From positions 1-27,608 of IMG/VR virus record IMGVR_UViG_3300006029_000060: a stretch of 27,608 nucleotides of DNA; one strand, given 5' to 3'. A program made the translations under genes and the position numbers. Origin of the DNA: a virus. Taxonomy: Duplodnaviria > Caudoviricetes. The notes beneath the pieces were generated by a model, which saw nothing but the letters and a program-made list of their open reading frames with translations, did not search any database and had not been told where the DNA came from. Shown piece after piece: positions 15,753 to 24,259 of the stretch; the first letter of the stretch is position 1; each line of letters opens with the position of its first letter.

Positions 15753-18700
15753 ATGCCAGAAGTTAAAAATATATTTGTCGGGGCTAAGATGAACAAAGAC
15801 CTTAACCCTAGATTAATTTCAAAAAATGAGTACATAGACGCAAGAAATGCAGAAGTTGTAAACTCGGAAGGAATGGATTCTGGATTATTGCAAAATGTTA
15901 GCGGAAACTCAATAGAAACATCGTTCGGTTCTGATGGAATAGAACTAGATGGGATTAATTTAGAAATAATAGGATTTTTTATTGATTCTACAAATAATAG
16001 GCTTTTTGCATTTATAACAGATTGGAACGATACCTCTTCTGATGGTTTATCTAATTACGCTTCATCTACATCTCATCATTATATATGTATGTATGATGTA
16101 GGTTCAAGAAGAAGCACAACGCTAGTTAGCGGAAGTTTTTTAAACTTCGCTAAAGGGAACCTTGTACTAGGCATAAATTTGTTAGAAGATTTATTGTTTT
16201 TTACAGACAATAGAAATCAACCAAGAAAAATAAACGTAAGCACTGCTATTGGAGATACTTCATACTACTCAAAAGAAGAAGATATATCTGTTGCAAAGTA
16301 TTACCCTTGGAAGCCAATTAGTTTCCTTAAGAACAAGGTAACTCCAGACATAACACCTTACTCTTTACAGCCAAACACTTCTTTAGAAATAAAAAATCAA
16401 GTTTATGCAGAGACAACAGCTTTGCCTGCTACTGCTTTTGATGGTGACATTAATTTTACTAATGCAACTTATGGTGATTTAGAAATTAAAGCTACATTTA
16501 TAAGTGGTTGGTTGTCTGCTGCTATTGTAATTGAAAAAGGTGAAGGTTTAAGCGAAGACCAAGAATTATTATTCTCATCTCCTTCAAGTTTAATATTTTA
16601 CGACTCCCCATCTCTTGGAACTCCAATACAGGCAACACTTATAGTTAGAGATATTAATATTGAGAAGGAAAATACAATGAAAGACGTTACGTCTATAGAC
16701 CTTCCGTTGACTCAAACTTTAACAATTGTAAGTGCTGCCTCTTCAGAGTTTGTTACATCTGACGCTGTAAATGAAAATTGGATAGGGTCTACATTGTATG
16801 TTTTGGATAGTGATAATAACCCAGAAACTCTTCCTTCAAGTGGAGTAACTGTGACTGCGATTGACGTTGTTGGTGGTAATTATAAAATTACTCACACACC
16901 AGCAAACCTTAATCTAAATTTAGGCAAAAAAGTTGTTCTTGGAGGTAATCCATACTATGATAGTTTATTTAAAGGAGATACAAATTTTATATCAGATAGA
17001 TTTATAAGGTTTAGTTATAGATTTAAGTACGATGACGATGAGTACTCTTTAGACGCTCCTTTCTCTCAAATTGTATTTATACCAAACCAAGATGGATACT
17101 TTTTAGAAGACAAGGTCCCATCTAGTATAAACGATGAACCTGCAAATTCAGACGAAAATAATGCTATTAAAAGTAGTATCATTAGCTTTTTTGAAAATAA
17201 AGTTAATCAAGTAGACCTATCAATACCTATGCCTGACGGTATCTCTTCTTCTGCACAATTAACAAAAGATTTAAATGTTAAAGAAATAGAAATTCTTTTC
17301 AAAGAGTCTGATAAAACATCTATCCAAGTATTAGAAAGTATATCTACAGATGAATTAAATTTAAGTACATCTAATAAGTATGTCTATGCATATAATTCCC
17401 AGTCTCCAGTCAAGACATTAACTTCAAAAGAATCTACAAGGGCTTCTGATAAGATACCAATAAGAGCAAAAGCTCAAGAAATTTCTGGTAATAGAGTTAT
17501 TTATGCAAACTATTTAGTTAGAACAGCTAGACCATCTACATTAGATTACAATTTACTTAGTTCAGAGAAACCAAAACTTGGAAATTTAAATTCTTTAAGC
17601 GAGTTAGAGTACCCTAATAGTGTTGTAAAACAAAATAGGTCTTATAAGGTTGGCATTGTTTTAGTGGATAAGTTTGGTAGACAATCAGATGTAATTACTT
17701 CTAAAAACTCAACTATATATACGCCTTACGAAACTATAGGAGGATTTATTGACAGTCTTGACAAAAGTGTTTATAGAGGGGAGTCGTTGAAGTTAGACTT
17801 TTTAACACCAATTCCAGAAGACAAAGGATACCTTCCAGGGTATGCAGGATTATATAGTGCAACAAATCCATTGGGTTGGTATACCTACAAAGTAGTTGTA
17901 CAACAAAAAGAGCAAGACTACTACAATGTTTACCTACCTACCATATTAAACTTTGCTCCTCAGTTAAATGGAGCATTAGTTTCTTCTTCAGGAGTAGCGT
18001 ACATAACATTATTTTCGGACAACATAAATAAAGTACCTAGAGACTTAAAAGAAGTTGGAGCGCAAGATTTACAGTACTCAAGCTCTGCTAATTTATATGG
18101 TCGTGTTTTTAATGATAAATTTAAAACCGCAGAAGCAACTTCAAAGCAATTCTTGCCTAGCCCAACTCCAGACAAGGTTATTTTAATAGGTACTAGGGAT
18201 GATGTTGGAATGAATAAAACTAATGATGGAGGTGATTACAATGTATCTCCATTTTACAGCATACCTAGTACAGCCACTACAGGTCCTCCTCCAGTTTATA
18301 ACACTACAAACTTAGGTGCAAACCCATACATTGCAAAAGTATCTACACAAAAATTAATAGGTGCACCAGGAGGAGATGTTGTAAGCCCTGGTGCAATAAA
18401 TCAATCTCAAGTTGATTTCAATAGAGTTAGACTTAATGTATATGAGACTAAGCCTGTAGAATCTAATTTAGATATATTTTACGAAACAGGAACTGGTGGA
18501 TTAATATCTGACTTAAACAATCAAATAAAAACAGCAGAAAGTAGTCTTAGACCATCTAGGATAAACGGTTGGTCATGGTACTTGTCTGAGGCAACACAAC
18601 CTTTATCTTTTGCAACTCCATCGGATTTTGACATAGTTACAAATGAAGGAGTATCTCTTTGCGACATTGCTGCTGTTGATCCTAACTCTGTTATAACAGG

Positions 18701-19721
18701 AGAAATAATTAGTATTAGGAATAGGGTTACTCCAGAACCTTGGAAAATTGAAGATTTAGGTTTATTTGAATTGGTCCAAGATATTAATACTAAAAAATTT
18801 AGAATTAAAGTAAACGCAAACAAATATTTTGTTCACACAGCTGGAAGTTATATTACAGCGAGTTATATTTTTAATTTTAAATTTACAAATACAGTAACAG
18901 AGGGTTCTGTCACAAAAAACTATTCTATAAATATTCAAGAATCTTCTGATAATGATTTAACAAATGAGCAGCCAATAGCTGTAGGAAAAACATTTTCAGC
19001 ACCAGAATTTTTAGAGTGGTGTTACGGTAGAAGTAAATTAGGCTTAACTCAAGACGAACCTTTAGGGCTTATAAATGGGCGGCCTGCTTTAAATCCTGCG
19101 CCTATAAATACTGGGGGGTTATACCTTAATTATTGGAATAGCTCTCCATTTACTTTTGCTATCTATGCAGACACTCGAGAAGGAGTAGGGCCTAATGGTA
19201 GAAAAGTCACTAGGATGACTCCAAATCTTCCAAATATTGCTAAAAGACAATCTAGCAATGGATGGAATCTTTTAGAGGTTTTTGACTTCAACAATGGCTC
19301 TGCCTCGCCTAATAATATTGACAAAAAGAAAGGCATGATTCTTACTTTAGAGGCCTTAAGGTTTTGGGATGTTTGGAGGCAACCTCCAGCATATGCTCAA
19401 AACTCAAAGTGGGTGGACTTAACAAATAGGCCTTATCAACAAAGATGGCGAAAAAACAACGATAATGGTTATACAGACTATCCTGAAATGAAAGACATAT
19501 TCCGTCTTGCAGAACAACCAGATGGAAAATACAATCTTGAGTTTAACAATAATGAAATAGTGTATCAAAATAAAACTGATGGAGGTACTAAGTATAGATT
19601 GTTTTTTAGAATTTATGACTCTTCAAGAGATGCTCAAGGTAATGTAGTTGGTTGGGGTAGAAACAAAAAAGGTTTTGAGCGTTTATCTATTGACGTAGAG
19701 GTTTTTAATGGGCCAAGGTAA
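15753..19721 (+). CDS. Tail stabilisation/muzzle protein, N-terminal part (P22 gp10-like beta-propeller)
   Basis: KMNKDL..RL....EYIDA.N start, LLFFTDNRNQPRKIN, RFSYRFKYDDDEYS, GNRVIYANY and YKVGIVLVDKFGRQSDV motifs; 1322 aa. Confidence 0.72.
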   Translation: MPEVKNIFVGAKMNKDLNPRLISKNEYIDARNAEVVNSEGMDSGLLQNVSGNSIETSFGSDGIELDGINLEIIGFFIDSTNNRLFAFITDWNDTSSDGLSNYASSTSHHYICMYDVGSRRSTTLVSGSFLNFAKGNLVLGINLLEDLLFFTDNRNQPRKINVSTAIGDTSYYSKEEDISVAKYYPWKPISFLKNKVTPDITPYSLQPNTSLEIKNQVYAETTALPATAFDGDINFTNATYGDLEIKATFISGWLSAAIVIEKGEGLSEDQELLFSSPSSLIFYDSPSLGTPIQATLIVRDINIEKENTMKDVTSIDLPLTQTLTIVSAASSEFVTSDAVNENWIGSTLYVLDSDNNPETLPSSGVTVTAIDVVGGNYKITHTPANLNLNLGKKVVLGGNPYYDSLFKGDTNFISDRFIRFSYRFKYDDDEYSLDAPFSQIVFIPNQDGYFLEDKVPSSINDEPANSDENNAIKSSIISFFENKVNQVDLSIPMPDGISSSAQLTKDLNVKEIEILFKESDKTSIQVLESISTDELNLSTSNKYVYAYNSQSPVKTLTSKESTRASDKIPIRAKAQEISGNRVIYANYLVRTARPSTLDYNLLSSEKPKLGNLNSLSELEYPNSVVKQNRSYKVGIVLVDKFGRQSDVITSKNSTIYTPYETIGGFIDSLDKSVYRGESLKLDFLTPIPEDKGYLPGYAGLYSATNPLGWYTYKVVVQQKEQDYYNVYLPTILNFAPQLNGALVSSSGVAYITLFSDNINKVPRDLKEVGAQDLQYSSSANLYGRVFNDKFKTAEATSKQFLPSPTPDKVILIGTRDDVGMNKTNDGGDYNVSPFYSIPSTATTGPPPVYNTTNLGANPYIAKVSTQKLIGAPGGDVVSPGAINQSQVDFNRVRLNVYETKPVESNLDIFYETGTGGLISDLNNQIKTAESSLRPSRINGWSWYLSEATQPLSFATPSDFDIVTNEGVSLCDIAAVDPNSVITGEIISIRNRVTPEPWKIEDLGLFELVQDINTKKFRIKVNANKYFVHTAGSYITASYIFNFKFTNTVTEGSVTKNYSINIQESSDNDLTNEQPIAVGKTFSAPEFLEWCYGRSKLGLTQDEPLGLINGRPALNPAPINTGGLYLNYWNSSPFTFAIYADTREGVGPNGRKVTRMTPNLPNIAKRQSSNGWNLLEVFDFNNGSASPNNIDKKKGMILTLEALRFWDVWRQPPAYAQNSKWVDLTNRPYQQRWRKNNDNGYTDYPEMKDIFRLAEQPDGKYNLEFNNNEIVYQNKTDGGTKYRLFFRIYDSSRDAQGNVVGWGRNKKGFERLSIDVEVFNGPR

Positions 19722-19763
19722 ATTTAATAAATTTACAATAAAAATAATTTATAATAAAAAAAT

Positions 19764-21500
19764 ATGGGATTTATTGAAGAGATAACATACTTTAACTCTT
19801 TTTTACTAAAGAAGGTAATACAGGGAGGTGATGATGCTAGTTACCCTGATCTATCAGTAGGGGCTGCTACTTGGCCTGCTCTTCCTTGGAATCCAGTAGG
19901 GTACCCTCAATTTCCCTTGCTAGCATCTTCCACGCCTGAATCTAATCGTGTTTCTTGGTACATTGAGGAGGCTAGAATAAGAGGCGGATATAATAACAAG
20001 CAAGTTGATTTTGGTTCAAAAGCTTATTTGTCGGAATCGGAAGATAGCGAGCTTTTTCTTTCAAATGGGTTAATATATTCTGGTTTGTATAATTCTAGAA
20101 GTGGTGTAAATGAAACAAATGTTTTTTCTACAGGAGAAAACATAACAAAAGAAGTAGACCCTAGGTATGGTGACATACAGAAGTTATATACGTCTGATAC
20201 AAATTTAATTATTTTTCAAGAGGACAAAGTTAGTAGTGCGTTAATTGATAAAGATGCAATATACACTGCTGATGGAAACCCTACACTTACAGCTACTCAA
20301 CTTGTTTTAGGTCAAATAACACAATACAATGGAGAGTATGGAATAAGTGACAATCCAGAATCATTTGCATTCAAGGGAGGAAGAATGTACTTCTCTGATA
20401 AAAATAGAGGGGCAATTATGAGGCTATCAAGAGACGGCCTTACTGAGATAAGTTCATACGGAATGAGAGATTACTTTAGAGACAGTCTATCTGTTATATC
20501 AGAGTCATTAAAGACTATTCAAATTCAATTATCTCTTCCATCTATATTGCCATCAACTCCAACAAACTTATTAACACTTACAAGCACTCCAGAACACAGC
20601 ATTTCAGAAATCCAATATGGAATGAGATTATCTGGAGGAGAGATACTTCCAGAGTCTTTATATGTTATAGATATAGATAATACTGTTGTTGATCAAGTTA
20701 CTATAACTCTTAGTGGAAACATAACAAGTTTCCCAGGGCAGGGAGGGGTTCTTCCTACGTTGGCTACTTTTTATAGTAATGTTTCAGATAAAATTGTTGG
20801 AGCTTATGACAACTATAATGATAAGTACGTTGTATCAATGCAAGACTGGGAGAGAGACTCTTACAACTACGAAACTCTTTCTTTTAACGAAAGCAACAAT
20901 GGTTGGTCTAGCTTTTGGGATTATGACCCTAGTTTTGGTGGGACATTAAATAGCACTTATTATACTTGTAAATTAGGTTCTCTATGGAAACATTACGATG
21001 AAAGTGTAATTAATAATAGGGGGACTTTCTATGGAGTATACCATCCAACATCTGTTCAGTTATCATTTAACCCAATGGTGTCTGTATCTAAAAACTTTCA
21101 AACAGTAAACTACGAAGGAACTAACGGTTGGCAGGTTGATTATTTTTTATCAGACCCAACAGGGACATTGCTTTTGGACTCGTTAAATAACTCATACAGA
21201 GATGAGTCATCTTTTATTAGAAGTTACGACCAAGGTTCTTACATTGAGTCTGGTATTACATATAGGAGTGGGTTTAACTTAAAAGAGAACAAATATTTTG
21301 CTAACTTAGTAAATAATGGAGCTTTGTTAAATCAAAATCAAGTAATACCACAGGGCATCCCAGGACAGGTTCTTCCAGGCTCTAGTATGAGTGGCATTAA
21401 AGGGTTCTTTGCTACAGTTCAATTAAGCACAGACAACACTACAGATTTAGGTGAGCAAAAGAATTTATTTGCAGTATCATCAAATTTTGTAAAATCTTAA
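19764..21500 (+). CDS. Tail stabilisation/muzzle protein, C-terminal part
   Basis: YGDIQKL, LIIFQEDKVS, GEYGISDNPESFA, YFSDKNRGAIMRLS.DGLTEIS.YGM.DYF, GWSSFWDY.P and KENKYF, which are typical of the C-terminal half of this family. Confidence 0.72.
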   Translation: MGFIEEITYFNSFLLKKVIQGGDDASYPDLSVGAATWPALPWNPVGYPQFPLLASSTPESNRVSWYIEEARIRGGYNNKQVDFGSKAYLSESEDSELFLSNGLIYSGLYNSRSGVNETNVFSTGENITKEVDPRYGDIQKLYTSDTNLIIFQEDKVSSALIDKDAIYTADGNPTLTATQLVLGQITQYNGEYGISDNPESFAFKGGRMYFSDKNRGAIMRLSRDGLTEISSYGMRDYFRDSLSVISESLKTIQIQLSLPSILPSTPTNLLTLTSTPEHSISEIQYGMRLSGGEILPESLYVIDIDNTVVDQVTITLSGNITSFPGQGGVLPTLATFYSNVSDKIVGAYDNYNDKYVVSMQDWERDSYNYETLSFNESNNGWSSFWDYDPSFGGTLNSTYYTCKLGSLWKHYDESVINNRGTFYGVYHPTSVQLSFNPMVSVSKNFQTVNYEGTNGWQVDYFLSDPTGTLLLDSLNNSYRDESSFIRSYDQGSYIESGITYRSGFNLKENKYFANLVNNGALLNQNQVIPQGIPGQVLPGSSMSGIKGFFATVQLSTDNTTDLGEQKNLFAVSSNFVKS

Positions 21501-21504
21501 TTTA

Positions 21505-21951
21505 ATGAAATTAAAAAAACGCAACATAGAAACAAATGCAATCCAAGAATTTATTGTGTCAAACAATAACTTGGAAGGATTTTGTGGTGATGGTACTAGC
21601 ATTATAGATACTCCTGACTTAGAAATAAAACATTCTTTTGCAGACCAAGTATACATAAGACAGATGACGATGCTGCCTAATCAAATTGTTGTTGGAGCAA
21701 TACACAATCATGAACACGTTTGGTTTCTTTTGAAGGGTAGGGTTTCTATAAATGACAATGGAGTAGTTATAGATCATGTAGCTCCGTGTTATATGGTATC
21801 ACAACCAGGCTCTAAGAGAGCCATATACGCTCATGAGCATTCAATCTTTGTAAACATCCATAAGAATCCTTCAAACACAAAAGATATAGATAAGTTAGAA
21901 AAAGAAATTGTATCTATAACAGAAGAAGACTTTAATAAAAAAAATAATTAA
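21505..21951 (+). CDS. Cupin-fold protein
   Basis: HSFADQVYIRQM....VVGAIHNHEHVWFLLKG.V and PG.KR..YAHE...FVNIH match cupin strand motifs, with candidate His metal ligands. Confidence 0.7.
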   Translation: MKLKKRNIETNAIQEFIVSNNNLEGFCGDGTSIIDTPDLEIKHSFADQVYIRQMTMLPNQIVVGAIHNHEHVWFLLKGRVSINDNGVVIDHVAPCYMVSQPGSKRAIYAHEHSIFVNIHKNPSNTKDIDKLEKEIVSITEEDFNKKNN

Positions 21952-21953
21952 TT

Positions 21954-22586
21954 ATGTCATTTGCAATAACATTAGGAGTAGTTGGTATTGGTACAAAAGT
22001 ATTTGGGGCAGCTCAAAGCTACAAAGCATTAAAAAAGCAGGCTGGCGAAGACAAACAAAGAGCCGAAGACCAAAGATTGCTTCTTGAAAATTTAGAGAAC
22101 AACAGACAAACATTGACTAATCCATACGCTAACTTAGGGGTTGCTACGCAGGCTGCTGAGATGCAGATAGAACAGACGGATATTGCATTAGCAAATACGC
22201 TTGACACTATACGTGCAACAGGTGGTGGTGCAGGAGGTGCTACAGCACTTGCACAGGCGGCCTTACAGAGCAAGAAAGGAGTTGCTGCAAGCATAGAGTC
22301 ACAAGAGGCGAAGAACGAGCAGCTAAGAGCACAAGGAGAGGTCGGTCTTCAGAACATGAGAGAAACTAGAGAGACTGCTAAATTAGATAGATACTCAGCG
22401 CTATCAGACCAAGCAACTGCTCAAGCAAGAGCAAGTGCTACTGGTCAGACTATGGCTAAACAAGCTATGTTTGACCTTGGGGGAGATGCTTTAATGGCAA
22501 CAGCTACTGGGATATCTGGAGGAGGAGGAACTACAGGCAAGGAGGCAATAGAAAACTTAGTAGATCCTAACGCACCAAAAACATAA
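21954..22586 (+). CDS. Probable small ejection/pilot protein (P22 gp7-like composition)
   Basis: Hydrophobic Gly-rich N-terminus, A/Q-rich coiled coil and GGGAGGATALAQAA. It is the first of three genes of increasing size after the tail module. Confidence 0.6.
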   Translation: MSFAITLGVVGIGTKVFGAAQSYKALKKQAGEDKQRAEDQRLLLENLENNRQTLTNPYANLGVATQAAEMQIEQTDIALANTLDTIRATGGGAGGATALAQAALQSKKGVAASIESQEAKNEQLRAQGEVGLQNMRETRETAKLDRYSALSDQATAQARASATGQTMAKQAMFDLGGDALMATATGISGGGGTTGKEAIENLVDPNAPKT

Positions 22587-22594
22587 TAACAAAA

Positions 22595-24250
22595 ATGAGT
22601 TATAGAAACCCCACATCACAAGTAGATACATCATTGAGTGATTCTTTTATTAAAAAAATTAATAAGCTTGGTGAAGACATAAGAACTACAGCCACTAACG
22701 CATCAATGATGGGTCAGGCTAGAAGAAATGCTAACCTGAAACTTGTCAATCAGATTGAGAACAATGTAGAGAAACTTGTTGGTCAAGCACAAGATAAACT
22801 TATTTCTGAAAATCTTGAGGCAGATGGATTTGCAGCGTCACTTCAGGAGCAAGCAGTAGCCTATAAAAAAGCATCACTAAACTTAGCTACCAAGGGAGAT
22901 TACCCTGAGAGAGCTGCAGACCTTGCAAAAAAATCAGAATTTCAAAACTACACCAAAAGATTGCCTACAGATATTGCTGCATTTAACACTACGGCAGAAG
23001 CCTTTAAAAAAGCTAGGGCAATAGGACTTTCAGGTAAACCTGGGTCTATAGATCCATACCAAACAGATCCTGCATATTTAGCTACAGAAGCTATAGAGTC
23101 TGGACAAAAGGACGGGTTTGTTACATATGAGTCAAGAGTAAATCCGAAGACTAAACAAATGGAAACTGTAAAGGTAGCAAGAGGAGAAGCTATAAGAGAA
23201 GCAAACAAACAGCAGAATATTGAAGGTGATGAGTATGTTTTATTTTCTAGTACTTTAAAGAAGGCCCAAACAGGAGCAGATGCTAGTAAATACAATCTTG
23301 GTGTTGGAGGTATAACTCCAGAAATATTTAATGGAGATGGTGGATTAAAAGCTAATTTTATTGAAGAAGGAATATATGACAAGAATGGTGTTTTAGTTGA
23401 AAGATTTAAAGGAGAGCCTCAAACTGTAATTAAGGTTGACAATGTTGGTAGGTACCCAGTTCAAGTTAGAAATTACAATGTCGATATGATGTCTGAAGAA
23501 ATGAAGCCAGCAGTCAATGCTAGAGTAGAAGGTTTGGCAAAAATAAATAATGAAGACCTAAACGCATTAGTTAGGTCTATGACTTATTCTAGGACGATAG
23601 ATGGAGTAACCCAATCCTTTTACAAATTTGTAAAAATGGATGGAGGTCAACCAGTAAGAGATGAGTCTGGAACGGTAATGTATGAACCAGAAATACAAGT
23701 AGGTAATGGTAGAAGAATAGGTAAAGAGTTTAATGAAGAAAATCAAGACACAAATGGATACACTCCTAGCGATTTTGAATTAATTAAAAAAATTGCTCTT
23801 CAAGAGACGCTTAATAAATCAGGGGCATACAACTCTTCTGTAGAGGAGTATAAAATAGAAAAGCAGTATATAGCTGAAGAAAAACCAACGGAAGCAAAGA
23901 CCTCTGAAGGAGATAAGAAAAGAATTGCTTACAAAAGTAAAATTGATAAGGCAATAGGTGACGTAAACTCTAAAGATATCAAAGGTCTAGTCAAAAGGCT
24001 TCAAGACCAACTAACTAATTTAGGTAAAAGTGATGACAAATATAAGCTTATGCCAGACCCTAATAATCCTAATATAATTACCCTAATTACTCCAGACAAA
24101 CTAAGTGGGTTTAAGGGCGAAGAAGATTTTGATTTGAGCAATAGTGATGGAATCATTAGGTTGAAAAATACATTGTATAATAGATACGATGTATTAGAAT
24201 CGGCAGAAGAGTCTTCAGGGAATGGAAGTACTAGCAGATTTAATAAATAA
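22595..24250 (+). CDS. Probable internal virion/ejection protein
   Basis: 551 aa with a helical N-terminal half, located between the pilot-like gene and the giant gene. Confidence 0.55.
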   Translation: MSYRNPTSQVDTSLSDSFIKKINKLGEDIRTTATNASMMGQARRNANLKLVNQIENNVEKLVGQAQDKLISENLEADGFAASLQEQAVAYKKASLNLATKGDYPERAADLAKKSEFQNYTKRLPTDIAAFNTTAEAFKKARAIGLSGKPGSIDPYQTDPAYLATEAIESGQKDGFVTYESRVNPKTKQMETVKVARGEAIREANKQQNIEGDEYVLFSSTLKKAQTGADASKYNLGVGGITPEIFNGDGGLKANFIEEGIYDKNGVLVERFKGEPQTVIKVDNVGRYPVQVRNYNVDMMSEEMKPAVNARVEGLAKINNEDLNALVRSMTYSRTIDGVTQSFYKFVKMDGGQPVRDESGTVMYEPEIQVGNGRRIGKEFNEENQDTNGYTPSDFELIKKIALQETLNKSGAYNSSVEEYKIEKQYIAEEKPTEAKTSEGDKKRIAYKSKIDKAIGDVNSKDIKGLVKRLQDQLTNLGKSDDKYKLMPDPNNPNIITLITPDKLSGFKGEEDFDLSNSDGIIRLKNTLYNRYDVLESAEESSGNGSTSRFNK

Positions 24251-24259
24251 AAAATTGAC

